This document shows positions 1 to 8,366 of a DNA stretch of 50,136 bases, in pieces. The stretch is taken from NCBI GenBank assembly GCA_020437875.1, contig JAGQVR010000002.1, positions 1-50,136 on the forward strand. Reading direction: 5' to 3'. Origin of the DNA: Flavobacteriales bacterium. GTDB lineage: Bacteria > Bacteroidota > Bacteroidia > Flavobacteriales_F > PHOS-HE28. The stretch's first letter is position 1. Every line of letters begins with the position of its first letter. The notes below the pieces were generated by a model. The model did not search any database. It saw only the letters and a program-made list of their open reading frames with translations, and was not told the origin of the DNA. Made by a program: the position numbers and the translations under genes.

Positions 1-88
1 AGGGGGCCATGTTCGAGTTCCACTTGCGCTTGAGGTGGCCGAAGTGCACCCCGGCGTCGAGCAGCTGTTTGAATTCGAGACGTGCCAT
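1..88 (-). CDS. rpsB: 30S ribosomal protein S2, N-terminal fragment (gene runs off the left edge)
   Basis: The reverse complement of 1..88 starts with ATG at 88..86 and reads [29 protein letters not shown]. This is the conserved uS2 N-terminus (GVHFGH..R.WN..M). It is absent from the ORF track because it is truncated. It lies downstream of rplM-rpsI on the same strand. Confidence 0.85.
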   Translation of the reverse strand, partial: MARLEFKQLLDAGVHFGHLKRKWNSNMAP

Positions 89-130
89 CTTGTTGTCGTT
101 CACTTTCCTTGTTCCCGTTGATACAGGCAT

Positions 131-167
131 CCCGCTGGTAGCCTTCGTTTCCGAAGAGTCCAGCGGG
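131..167 (-). promoter_or_regulatory. Intercistronic stem-loop between rpsI and rpsB (possible rpsB leader or processing structure)
   Basis: CCCGCTGG (131..138) pairs with CCAGCGGG (160..167). An inner CTTCG/CGAAG stem lies between them. No T-run follows on the minus strand, so it does not look like a classical terminator. Confidence 0.3.
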
Positions 168-194
168 ATTGGATCCTGAACAAGCGCTGGGACC

Positions 195-581
195 TTAACG
201 CTTGCTGAACTGGTAACGCTTCCGCGCCTTCTTGCGTCCGAACTTCTTCCGTTCCACGGCACGTGGGTCACGGGTCATCAGTTCCTCGGCCTTGAGTTTC
301 GGTTTGTGCTCGGCGTCGATCTTCACCAATGCGCGGGCGATGCCCAGACGCACGGCTTCCACCTGGCCGGTGATGCCACCGCCATCGACCGTGGCGGTCA
401 CATCGTACTTACCCACCGTTTCGGTGAGGGTGAAGGGCTGCTGCAGCTTGTACTGCTGGATGGTGACCGGGAAATATTCTCCGCTTTCGCGGCCGTTCAC
501 GGTGATCACGCCGGAACCTGCTGAGAGGACCACGCGTGCGACCGCGGTCTTGCGGCGGCCAAGGCTGTTGACGGCTTCCAT
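195..581 (-). CDS. rpsI: 30S ribosomal protein S9
   Basis: 128-aa [13 protein letters not shown] near the N-terminus and the C-terminal [12 protein letters not shown] are uS9 hallmarks. It starts 1 nt after the rplM stop. Confidence 0.97.
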   Translation of the reverse strand: MEAVNSLGRRKTAVARVVLSAGSGVITVNGRESGEYFPVTIQQYKLQQPFTLTETVGKYDVTATVDGGGITGQVEAVRLGIARALVKIDAEHKPKLKAEELMTRDPRAVERKKFGRKKARKRYQFSKR

Positions 582-582
582 C

Positions 583-1038
583 TTACTTGATCGTGTTCAG
601 GTCGAACTTGCGAGGCTTCTGTGCGTCGTGCTTGTGTGCGGTGCCTGCCACGACATGCAGGTTGTTGAACAGCCGGCGACCCAGTCGGTTCTTCGGCAAC
701 ATGCCACGTACCGCGTGTTCCAGCACCGCCTCCGGCTTGCGTCCGAGGAGTTTGCGGGCCACCTCACGACGCTGGCCGCCGGGGTACATGCTGTAACGCT
801 GGTACTCCTTGTCGTCAAGCTTGTTGCCGGTGAGGCGGATCTTGTCGGCATTGACCACCACCACATGGTCACCGCAATTCACATGCGGAGTGAAGGTGGG
901 CTTGTGCTTGCCGCGCACGATCATCGCCACCTTGCTGGCAAGGCGGCCAAGTGTCTCATTCTCAGCATCTACCAGCAGCCATTCGGGCTGCACGGTGGCC
1001 GTGCTGGCCATGCTGGTTGTGTGGGTCGTCGATGCCAC
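583..1038 (-). CDS. rplM: 50S ribosomal protein L13
   Basis: 151-aa [43 protein letters not shown] is the uL13 signature. There are 19 residues before the conserved W, as in Bacteroidota L13. Confidence 0.97.
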   Translation of the reverse strand: MASTTHTTSMASTATVQPEWLLVDAENETLGRLASKVAMIVRGKHKPTFTPHVNCGDHVVVVNADKIRLTGNKLDDKEYQRYSMYPGGQRREVARKLLGRKPEAVLEHAVRGMLPKNRLGRRLFNNLHVVAGTAHKHDAQKPRKFDLNTIK

Positions 1039-1079
1039 GGTTCGTGGGTTTAAAAGGCTGGTTTCCCGGAAACGGGGTG

Positions 1080-1087
1080 CGAAGATA
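1080..1087 (-). promoter_or_regulatory. Candidate -7 promoter box (TATCTTCG) for rplM-rpsI-rpsB
   Basis: The minus strand reads TATCTTCG, which fits the Bacteroidota TAnnTTTG -7 element with one T-to-C change. It lies 41 nt upstream of the rplM ATG, in the 116-nt intergenic gap. Confidence 0.4.
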
Positions 1088-1154
1088 GATCCTTCTTCCG
1101 GAAAACCAACAAACTGGTGTGGACAGCCGGCCCCGCCAACGGACCCGGGTCGAC

Positions 1155-2177
1155 TCAGACCCTTTGTGCGACCAGAAGGATGGGGCGCTCCGGGCTCCCA
1201 CCCACGCTGGCGGATGCGGCGGGACCGTTCGGCCCGGTCACATCCGTGATCGCCAACCGCCCCTTCAAGGACACGAGCTGTTCGGCGGCCCCCACCGCAT
1301 CCGTTTCCACCCCTTGAATGAGGAGCAGGTCCTCAGCCGCACGAGCGATCACGCACACGCTCCTTCTTCCGGGGCTCAGCTCTTCCAACAGCACGGCGGT
1401 CCGGGCATAGCAGGCTCCACAAGCCTCCGCCGGACCGACCTCATCCACACCCTCCAGATCATTGCTGATCACATCAGCAACGACGCTGGACACCCCGGGC
1501 ATGGTGTGACCGGCATGGTAGAGCAGGATGTCGTTCATCACGACCGTGCCATGGAGGATGGCCGCCTCCCGGATGATCTTCTCATGTGGATGCGCATCAC
1601 CCGTTCGCACTGCCAGGGCGAAGAGCGCGTGATCCTCACCCAGACCGCGGAGCATATGGCCCAGATCGTTCCCCGACTTCCGTGTCATCTCGATGAAGCC
1701 CACCCCGGCACCACGGCCCTCGGATGGAAGCTGGAGCATCCGCATGGAGAGCTCCTTGAGCTCCGTGTGGTCCATTCCGCGTATGGCCGCCAATTGATCG
1801 GCAAGGGCGTCCACCCGCCATCTGGAAACGCCATTGATGGCCACCAGGTCCTGGCCGGCAGGGTTGGCCCGGCAGCTGAAGAAACTGCGCCCTTCACCCG
1901 AACTGACATGGGTGGGCAGGTCGGCACGGTGGCGTATGATGTTCTGGTAGGCCTCCACGAGCAGGAAGGCCAGGCGCTTTCGCTGGGCCGAGGGACCGCT
2001 CATGGCCGTGATCAACTGATCGCTCAGGTCCAGCAACCGACTGGTGAGGTCGTCGCCGAAGTGGCCACTATACCCGAGGATGAACCTGTCGTTCCGGAAA
2101 GCGTGCACAAGTGCCTGTGCCGTGACCATGCAGGCCAACAGTTGCGGCATGGCCTCCATCTCCCTCAATTGTCCCAT
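1155..2177 (-). CDS. SiaB/DUF6272-like histidine-kinase-fold (HATPase-like) protein with a second, truncated copy of the same domain
   Basis: 340-aa ORF. Residues ~25-190 follow the SiaB-family layout: [20 protein letters not shown], then [12 protein letters not shown], then the G-box-like [19 protein letters not shown], then [10 protein letters not shown]. Residues ~205-320 repeat the N-terminal part ([21 protein letters not shown]...) but lack the G-box. The call is from remembered family motifs only. Confidence 0.55.
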   Translation of the reverse strand: MGQLREMEAMPQLLACMVTAQALVHAFRNDRFILGYSGHFGDDLTSRLLDLSDQLITAMSGPSAQRKRLAFLLVEAYQNIIRHRADLPTHVSSGEGRSFFSCRANPAGQDLVAINGVSRWRVDALADQLAAIRGMDHTELKELSMRMLQLPSEGRGAGVGFIEMTRKSGNDLGHMLRGLGEDHALFALAVRTGDAHPHEKIIREAAILHGTVVMNDILLYHAGHTMPGVSSVVADVISNDLEGVDEVGPAEACGACYARTAVLLEELSPGRRSVCVIARAAEDLLLIQGVETDAVGAAEQLVSLKGRLAITDVTGPNGPAASASVGGSPERPILLVAQRV

Positions 2178-2333
2178 TCCCCCTATTGATATCTCCGATG
2201 AACGTTCGATCCATGAACCCCCGGGGGGAGAGCCACCACCAGGTGGAGGGGTCCACCGCGAAGAAAAGACAAAGCGGTCAAATACGGAATTCGCGGGCGA
2301 ACGGATGGACAGGATCCTCTGCGTACCCCGACC

Positions 2334-3527
2334 TCAGGCGATCACCCCGAGCTCCTTCCCCACCTTCCCGAACGCGGCGAGCGCGTGATCGATGTGGACG
2401 TCGGTGTGTGCCGCGCTCAGTTGGACCCGTATGCGGGCCGTGTCCTTCGGCACCACCGGATAGAAGAAGCCGATGACATAGATGCCTTCTTCCAACAAGC
2501 GATCCGCCATCACCTGGCTCAAGCGTGCGTCGCCGAGCATGACCGGCACGATGGCTGCTCCGGCACCACGGGTCTTGAAGCCGAGCGCTTCGATCCCTGA
2601 TCGGAAACGATCCACGTTCGCCTCCAGTCGGTCACGCAGTTCCGTCGTGCTGCTCAGCAGGTCGATCACACGGATGGAGGCACCCACGATGGACGGTGCG
2701 AGCGAGTTGCTGAAGAGGTAGGGGCGGCTTCGCTGCCGCAACAGTTCCACGATCTCCTTGCGTGCACTCGTATAACCACCCATGGCACCACCCAATGCCT
2801 TACCCAGGGTGCCGGTGATGATGTCCACTCGACCCGTGACGCCGCAATGTTCGACACTGCCGCGGCCGGTCTTCCCGATGAATCCGGCGGCATGACATTC
2901 ATCCACCATCACCATGGCCTCGTACTTGTCCGCAAGGTCACAGACACCCTTCAGGTCGGCCACGATCCCGTCCATGCTGAAGACACCGTCGGTGACGATG
3001 AGAATGTGGCGGGCCCCGTCCTTGCGCGCGGTCTTGAGCTGTTGCTCCAGATCGGCCATGTCGTTGTTCGCGTAGCGGTAACGCATGGCCTTGCACAGGC
3101 GCACCCCATCGATGATGCTCGCATGGTTCAGTGAGTCACTGATGATGGCGTCGAGCTCGGTGAGCAGGGGTTCGAACACCCCGCCATTGGCATCGAAACA
3201 GGCGGCGTAAAGGATGGTATCATCCAACGAATGGAATGCCGAGAGCTTCGCCTCCAGCTCCTTATGGATATCCTGTGTACCGCAGATGAAGCGCACACTG
3301 CTCATCCCATAGCCGTGGGAGTCGAGGGTGGCGTGCGCTGCCTTGGTCACCTCGGGGTGTGAGGAGAGGCCGAGGTAGTTGTTGGCGCAGAAGTTCAGCA
3401 CCTTCCGGCCGTTCACGATGATCTCCGCGCCCTGCTCGCTGGTGATGATGCGTTCGCGTTTGAAGAGGCCGGCCTCCTCGATGGACCTCAGTTCATGGCT
3501 GAGGTGCTCCTTGATGCTTCCGTACAT
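2334..3527 (-). CDS. kbl: Glycine C-acetyltransferase (2-amino-3-ketobutyrate CoA ligase)
   Basis: 397-aa ORF. N-terminus [11 protein letters not shown]...[16 protein letters not shown]-lysine region GTLGKALGG. Typical length for the alpha-oxoamine synthase family, and the N-terminus fits Kbl better than BioF. Confidence 0.88.
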   Translation of the reverse strand: MYGSIKEHLSHELRSIEEAGLFKRERIITSEQGAEIIVNGRKVLNFCANNYLGLSSHPEVTKAAHATLDSHGYGMSSVRFICGTQDIHKELEAKLSAFHSLDDTILYAACFDANGGVFEPLLTELDAIISDSLNHASIIDGVRLCKAMRYRYANNDMADLEQQLKTARKDGARHILIVTDGVFSMDGIVADLKGVCDLADKYEAMVMVDECHAAGFIGKTGRGSVEHCGVTGRVDIITGTLGKALGGAMGGYTSARKEIVELLRQRSRPYLFSNSLAPSIVGASIRVIDLLSSTTELRDRLEANVDRFRSGIEALGFKTRGAGAAIVPVMLGDARLSQVMADRLLEEGIYVIGFFYPVVPKDTARIRVQLSAAHTDVHIDHALAAFGKVGKELGVIA

Positions 3528-3602
3528 GGAGGCAAAGGTGCGAAGCAGGGTCGAGTCGTGGTTGCAAGGACCCCGGACGGCGTTACGATACCGAAAGTGC
3601 GG

Positions 3603-4346
3603 TCACAGCTTGCGGAAGTACCCGTTCGAATACTCGTTGGCGTAGAGCAGGGATACCTTCTCCGGCTTGTCCTTGAAGAACTCGTCGGTGGCCCGCTTCA
3701 CTCCGGGAGACTTGTAGCCTCCAGGCAGGCCCTTCCGCGGGTAGATCGCCTCGTCGTAATAGACCGCGATCATGCCGATGGCACCGGGTGCCATGCGTTC
3801 ATAGAGATGGGGAAGCACGTGACGCGTCGACTCGTACAGGTCGCCGTCGATCAACGCGAAGCTGATCCGGTCCGGCAACTGGGAAGGGATGGTCTCCTCG
3901 AACCAGCCCTTGTGCGTATGGGGCATCTTAAGCCCCAACTTGTTGAACTTCTGCGTGAAGAGGTCCAACCCTGCGGCCATGTATCCTTTCTGGTACACGC
4001 CGTCCTTGCTGTCATTGGTCGATAGCTCCGGCAGGCCCTCGAAGCTGTCGTAGGCATGCACCTGCTTCCCGGGGGCCAACGCGGAGATCACGCGTTGCAT
4101 GACGATGGTGCTGTCCCCGGCGTTGCAGCCGACATCCACCACGTCACCGGGCACCTTGTTCGCAACGGTCTGTTCGAGAAGATGGAAGAGGTTCATCCGG
4201 GCTTCCACGTTGGCCATGTTCCCAGGCACCGGTGTCAGTTGCGCCCCGATCCGGAATTTGCGCAGCACTTTGTTGACGAACCGCTGCCAATCCTTCGGCG
4301 TGCGATGGTCCCAATCGAAGGTCGTGGCGATGAAGGCGTTGTCCAT
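3603..4346 (-). CDS. TylF/MycF/NovP-family SAM-dependent O-methyltransferase
   Basis: 247-aa ORF. SAM motif I is VPGDVVDVGCNAGDS. The metal/acid motif DSFEGLPE is present. IDGDLYESTRHVL is typical of macrocin-O-methyltransferase-like enzymes. Confidence 0.75.
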   Translation of the reverse strand: MDNAFIATTFDWDHRTPKDWQRFVNKVLRKFRIGAQLTPVPGNMANVEARMNLFHLLEQTVANKVPGDVVDVGCNAGDSTIVMQRVISALAPGKQVHAYDSFEGLPELSTNDSKDGVYQKGYMAAGLDLFTQKFNKLGLKMPHTHKGWFEETIPSQLPDRISFALIDGDLYESTRHVLPHLYERMAPGAIGMIAVYYDEAIYPRKGLPGGYKSPGVKRATDEFFKDKPEKVSLLYANEYSNGYFRKL

Positions 4347-4358
4347 GATCTTATCGGG

Positions 4359-5285
4359 TCAGGCCGTGGCCAGCTGTGGGTCCTTCTTCTTCCTGGAAGG
4401 CTTCCAGTCGGGGATCTTCGGGTCGGTCCATGTGGGCCGTGGTCCGAGACCCATGTCCTTCGGGCCATACCTGATCACCACGAACGCGGCGACGGCCACC
4501 TCCACCCACACGAAGACCATCACCCAGCTTGGATCCCCATCGTGGGCCACTGGCAGGGCGGGCATGACATAGAACGCGATGTTGCTGATCAGCTGCATGA
4601 TCAGGAGGATCAGTCCACTATGGGTCATGTTGTACACCCACCCCAGCAGGATGGCCAGGCCGATCATGCTGAGCAGGAAGAAGTACCATGGGATGCCGTC
4701 GGGAACGCCTTCGCCGAGCAGGAGCATGGGCAGGTACCACAAGCCCCAGATCACACCGGTAAGGGTGCATGAGACGAACGCGCTGTACTTGTCCTGCAGG
4801 CGCGTCGCGCAATACTTCATCCAGGTGGTCTCCTCCACCAGCGCGATGCCGATGATGAAGGGCATGCCGAAGAGGAGATTGATGATGTGCATGCGCTCAC
4901 CGTTCGGTCCTTCGGAGAACATGGGCTGCGCGGCGCCGGGCCAGGGCAGCCAGCCGGCAAGGTCAGCAATGGCCCAGCCGAGGTAGCAGAACAGGAACTT
5001 CCAGGATGCGGCGAATGCCCACCACTTTCCTGGCACACGCCAGATCCGGTAGGCCCCGAACAATTTGTAGAGCCCCTGTTTACCCTCCAGGTACCAGGTG
5101 AGCAGTACAGCGAAGACAAGGGGCCAGAAGACCCGGAACCGGAAGACCATGTGCGCCTCAGGGGAATCATGCATCCGCTTACCCTCGACCATGAGGGATG
5201 AGGCGTAGAGCACGATGCCCAACTGGATGGACAGCACGATAACGGCCAGCGTGAGAACAGGATAGCGGGAGATGAATGATCGCAT
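4359..5285 (-). CDS. Polytopic membrane protein, possibly CPBP (CAAX-protease-like) family with degenerate motifs
   Basis: 308-aa ORF with about 8 hydrophobic segments. ALVEETTWMKY resembles CPBP motif 1 (EExxxR), and QLISN sits where HxxxN is expected. The Lys/Pro-rich C-terminal tail looks cytoplasmic. It lies 12 nt upstream of the TylF-like gene. Confidence 0.6.
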   Translation of the reverse strand: MRSFISRYPVLTLAVIVLSIQLGIVLYASSLMVEGKRMHDSPEAHMVFRFRVFWPLVFAVLLTWYLEGKQGLYKLFGAYRIWRVPGKWWAFAASWKFLFCYLGWAIADLAGWLPWPGAAQPMFSEGPNGERMHIINLLFGMPFIIGIALVEETTWMKYCATRLQDKYSAFVSCTLTGVIWGLWYLPMLLLGEGVPDGIPWYFFLLSMIGLAILLGWVYNMTHSGLILLIMQLISNIAFYVMPALPVAHDGDPSWVMVFVWVEVAVAAFVVIRYGPKDMGLGPRPTWTDPKIPDWKPSRKKKDPQLATA

Positions 5286-5403
5286 GGGATGTGATCGCCT
5301 GATGTTCGTACAGGGTCCGGCGCGACGAAATTGCGCTTGCGAGGGCGTTGTACGCTCCCTCGGCCTGAAAGTTCCTCAACAATGGGACGGGGGATCCGCG
5401 GGC

Positions 5404-5700
5404 TCAGCCCTTGTCCACCACGCGAGGTACCTTGAAGTAGTCGCTGTCCTTCACGGGTGCGTTGGACAGCGCCTCCTGCTTGGTGATCTCGACGGAGGCC
5501 ACGTCCTCACGAAGCACATCGGTCTCGTCGGTCATGAACATGAGGGGCTCGACCCCTTTCGTGTCCACCTCGTTCAACTTCTCAACGAAGTCGATCACCC
5601 GCTGCATGTCCGCGAGCAGGGTGGCCCGGGTCGCGGGATCACTCACGTCGAGGCGCGCCAGTTCGGCGATCCGGTCGAGTGTCTCCTCGGTGATCCTCAT
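5404..5700 (-). CDS. gatC: Asp-tRNA(Asn)/Glu-tRNA(Gln) amidotransferase subunit C
   Basis: 98-aa ORF. MRITEETLDRIAELARLDVS...LNEVDTKGVEPLMFMTDE..LREDV is the GatC pattern. Confidence 0.9.
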   Translation of the reverse strand: MRITEETLDRIAELARLDVSDPATRATLLADMQRVIDFVEKLNEVDTKGVEPLMFMTDETDVLREDVASVEITKQEALSNAPVKDSDYFKVPRVVDKG

Positions 5701-6506
5701 GGTCGTAACAGCGGTTCTTCGATGGTGCGGTAGACGCGGTCGCGCAAAGCTACCAGATCATCCATGGTTAGTCCTTCGGTCGGGATCGGAGCATGCACCA
5801 CAGCGCGTGCGATACCCGGCCTTGCGCGACTCAGGAACTCGGCCGGCTCCCCGAATAGCCGCCAGTGGTCCACGAAGGTGATGGGGACGATGGGGACCTG
5901 CTTCTCGATGGCCAGCCGGAACGCTCCATCCTTGAAGGGCTTCATGCGCGGGGTGAAGGCCGGGATGGTCCCTTCGGGGAAAAGCGCCAGGCTCACACCG
6001 CGGTCCAATGTATCCGCCGCCTTTCGGAATGCCTTGGCCGCCTCCACGCGATCGCCCCGGTTCACGGCGATGTTCATCCCCTTGAAGAAGATGTTGAAGA
6101 GCGGCCAGCGCAGCAGCTCGTACTTGCCCATGAACAGGAAGTAGGTCGGCACCAGGTTGTACATCTGGATGATGTCCAGGTAGCTGCTGTGATTGCAACA
6201 GATGATGTAAGGCGCGTTCGGAAGCTCTCCCTTCCGTTCGATCCGCAGGGGGATCCCCAAAGCACATTGCAGGAAGAAGGCCCATGCGCGCTTCAACCGG
6301 AAGGCACGCTGGTAACGATGCGGTCGGAACAGCAGGACGCGGAATGGCAGGTAGAGCACCACCAACGAACCGAAGAACACCACGGCGAAGTAGAGCTTGT
6401 AGAGCCAGCGCAGGGGCAGGAAGAGCCACTTGAGCAGGACCGAGCGGCGGTCTTCGCCGGGGACCACCCGTTGGCGCCCGATGATCGTTGCTTCTGCTGC
6501 GGCCAT
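5697..6506 (-). CDS. 1-acyl-sn-glycerol-3-phosphate acyltransferase family protein (PlsC-like)
   Basis: HX4D motif in CNHSSYLDI and a FPEGT motif. The stop overlaps the gatC start (ATGA). I placed the start at ATG 6506 (MAAAEAT...) because a TAAATTCG box lies 11 nt upstream. The ORF-track start at 6542 would sit upstream of that box. Confidence 0.8.
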   Translation of the reverse strand: MAAAEATIIGRQRVVPGEDRRSVLLKWLFLPLRWLYKLYFAVVFFGSLVVLYLPFRVLLFRPHRYQRAFRLKRAWAFFLQCALGIPLRIERKGELPNAPYIICCNHSSYLDIIQMYNLVPTYFLFMGKYELLRWPLFNIFFKGMNIAVNRGDRVEAAKAFRKAADTLDRGVSLALFPEGTIPAFTPRMKPFKDGAFRLAIEKQVPIVPITFVDHWRLFGEPAEFLSRARPGIARAVVHAPIPTEGLTMDDLVALRDRVYRTIEEPLLRP

Positions 6507-6517
6507 GGAAAGGGGGG

Positions 6518-6572
6518 CGAATTTACTCGCGCGGAACACCACCGATGGGTGCCACAGGCCCGGCTAACTTCG
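6518..6572. promoter_or_regulatory. Divergent candidate -7 boxes for the plsC-like gene (minus, TAAATTCG, 6518..6525) and trpS (plus, TAACTTCG, 6565..6572)
   Basis: Both fit TAnnTTCG. They form a near-mirror pair, GCGAATTTA...TAACTTCGC. Spacers to the ATGs are 11 and 8 nt. Confidence 0.4.
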
Positions 6573-6580
6573 CGGCCCCC

Positions 6581-7558
6581 ATGGCACGCATCCTCACCGG
6601 CATCCAGAGCACCGGGGTCCCTCACCTTGGTAATGTGCTCGGCGCCATCGCCCCGGCCATCGCCCTAAGCCGCGACGACCGGAACGAATCCTACCTCTTC
6701 ATCGCCGACCTGCACAGCCTCACGCAGATCAAGGACCCTGCGTTGCTGCGCGAGAACACCTATGGTGTGGCGGCAGCCTGGCTTGCTTGCGGACTGGACC
6801 CCGCGCGTACGGTGTTCTACCGCCAGAGCGACGTGCCCATGGTGACGGAATTGACCTGGTACTTGAGCTGCTTCTTCCCCTATTCCAGACTGGCGCTTGC
6901 CCACAGCTTCAAGGACAAGGCGGACCGTCTGGAGGATGTGAATGGGGGGCTCTTCGTCTACCCTATGCTCATGGCCGCGGACATCCTGCTCTACGATGTA
7001 CACCAGGTACCCGTTGGCAAGGACCAGTTGCAACACCTGGAGATGGCACGGGACGTGGCCGAGCGCTTCAACCATCACATGGGCGAGACCTTGATCGTGC
7101 CCGAGGCACGGGTGGAGAAGGAGGTGATGATCGTGCCGGGCACGGACGGTGAGAAGATGAGCAAGAGCCGCGGCAACACCATCCAGATCTTCGCGCCTGA
7201 AAAGGAGCTGAAGCAGCAGGTGATGGGGATCGTCACGGACAGCACACCGCTCGAGGCACCGAAGGATCCGGACAAGGACAACGTCTTCGCCATCTACAAG
7301 CTTGTGGCAGCGCCAGAAGAGGTCCAGCGCATGCGTGAGAACTATGAACGTGGCGGTTATGGCTACGGGCATGCCAAGAAGGAGTTGCTGGCGGTGCTCC
7401 TCGACGGTCATGGCGCGCAACGGGCCCGGTTCGCCGAGCTCATGGCGGATCGCGGAGAACTGGACGCACAGTTGCGCATCGGTGCCGAGAAGGCAACGGC
7501 CGTGGCCACGGTGGTCCTTGATCGGGTCCGTGCACGCCTCGGCTATGGACCCGCATGA
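6581..7558 (+). CDS. trpS: Tryptophan--tRNA ligase
   Basis: The N-terminus MARILTGIQSTGVPHLGNVLGAI carries the HIGH-type motif. The KMSKS motif is present (GEKMSKSRGN). I chose ATG 6581 over the ORF-track start at 6488, which adds 31 non-homologous residues overlapping the plsC-like gene. Confidence 0.93.
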   Translation: MARILTGIQSTGVPHLGNVLGAIAPAIALSRDDRNESYLFIADLHSLTQIKDPALLRENTYGVAAAWLACGLDPARTVFYRQSDVPMVTELTWYLSCFFPYSRLALAHSFKDKADRLEDVNGGLFVYPMLMAADILLYDVHQVPVGKDQLQHLEMARDVAERFNHHMGETLIVPEARVEKEVMIVPGTDGEKMSKSRGNTIQIFAPEKELKQQVMGIVTDSTPLEAPKDPDKDNVFAIYKLVAAPEEVQRMRENYERGGYGYGHAKKELLAVLLDGHGAQRARFAELMADRGELDAQLRIGAEKATAVATVVLDRVRARLGYGPA

Positions 7559-7569
7559 TGCAGGGCGCC

Positions 7570-7577
7570 TACATTTG
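7570..7577 (+). promoter_or_regulatory. Candidate -7 promoter box (TACATTTG, exact consensus)
   Basis: Exact TAnnTTTG, 22 nt upstream of ATG 7600 and just after the trpS stop. Confidence 0.45.
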
Positions 7578-7599
7578 GCGCCTATTCTCTCCTGCTCCT

Positions 7600-8040
7600 A
7601 TGGATAATCCCTTCCTCGTCTTCGCACACAGCCTCATCCGCTACGGGGTGCTCATCACCGTTGCCTTTGCTGGACTGGTCCACCTGCGTGGCATGTTGTT
7701 CAAGCGGCCGATCCTCACCTACGAACGTGCACTGTCCATCGTGGCGATGGTGCTTTGCCATGTGCAGTTGGTGGTCGGGCTCATCCTTTACCTGATCAAC
7801 TTCAAGCAGTACACCATGATGCAGGGTCCGGAAGGTCGTTTCTGGAAGATGGAGCACATCGGCACCATGGTGATCGCCATCGCCCTTGTCACGATCGGCC
7901 GTTCCACGGCCAAGCGCGCGAAGGAGGAGCAGGTGAAACAGAAGCGCATCGCCATCTTCTACCTCATCGCCCTCGCCTTGATGCTCTGGGCCATCCCCTG
8001 GCCGTTCACCGAACTCGGTCACGGTCGTTCATGGCTATGA
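7600..8040 (+). CDS. Small 4-TM membrane protein with His in three helices (possible b-type haem-binding protein)
   Basis: 146 aa from MDNPFLVF. Four hydrophobic helices, with His at positions 10, 54 and 87 in or at the edge of TM1-3. The stop overlaps the next start (ATGA at 8037..8040). No family is recognised with certainty. Confidence 0.6.
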   Translation: MDNPFLVFAHSLIRYGVLITVAFAGLVHLRGMLFKRPILTYERALSIVAMVLCHVQLVVGLILYLINFKQYTMMQGPEGRFWKMEHIGTMVIAIALVTIGRSTAKRAKEEQVKQKRIAIFYLIALALMLWAIPWPFTELGHGRSWL

Positions 8041-8366
8041 GGCACCTGCACATCCTTGCGTGGGGCATCGCCGTGCTCGTACTCGCCTGTGGCAGTGCGA
8101 GCGGGACGGACGAGGATCACATGACCGCAGAGGCCTCGCCGGGCAAGGCCATCTTCAACATGAACTGCACCCTGTGCCATGGCCGCGACGGTAAGGCAGG
8201 CTTGAACGGCGCGAAGGACCTCACGGCATCCACATTGACAACGGAAGAGATGATGGCGGTCGTGAAGAATGGCAAGGGTGCCATGGCTCCATACAAGCAG
8301 GTGCTGAACACCAACGAGATCGAGGCGGTCGTGGCCTACGTCCGCACCTTGGGCGGGACGAAATGA
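8037..8366 (+). CDS. Class I c-type cytochrome (monohaem), exported
   Basis: 109 aa. Signal or lipoprotein-like N-terminus (LVLACGS). Haem-binding CTLCH motif. A distal Met candidate lies in GKGAMAPY. Both ends have ATGA overlaps with the neighbouring genes. Confidence 0.85.
   Translation: MRHLHILAWGIAVLVLACGSASGTDEDHMTAEASPGKAIFNMNCTLCHGRDGKAGLNGAKDLTASTLTTEEMMAVVKNGKGAMAPYKQVLNTNEIEAVVAYVRTLGGTK

Noticed and set aside
2334-3527. kbl without an adjacent threonine dehydrogenase (tdh) might signal a broken pathway.
   Set aside because: Separation of kbl and tdh is common. Absence from a 50-kb window says nothing about the rest of the genome.
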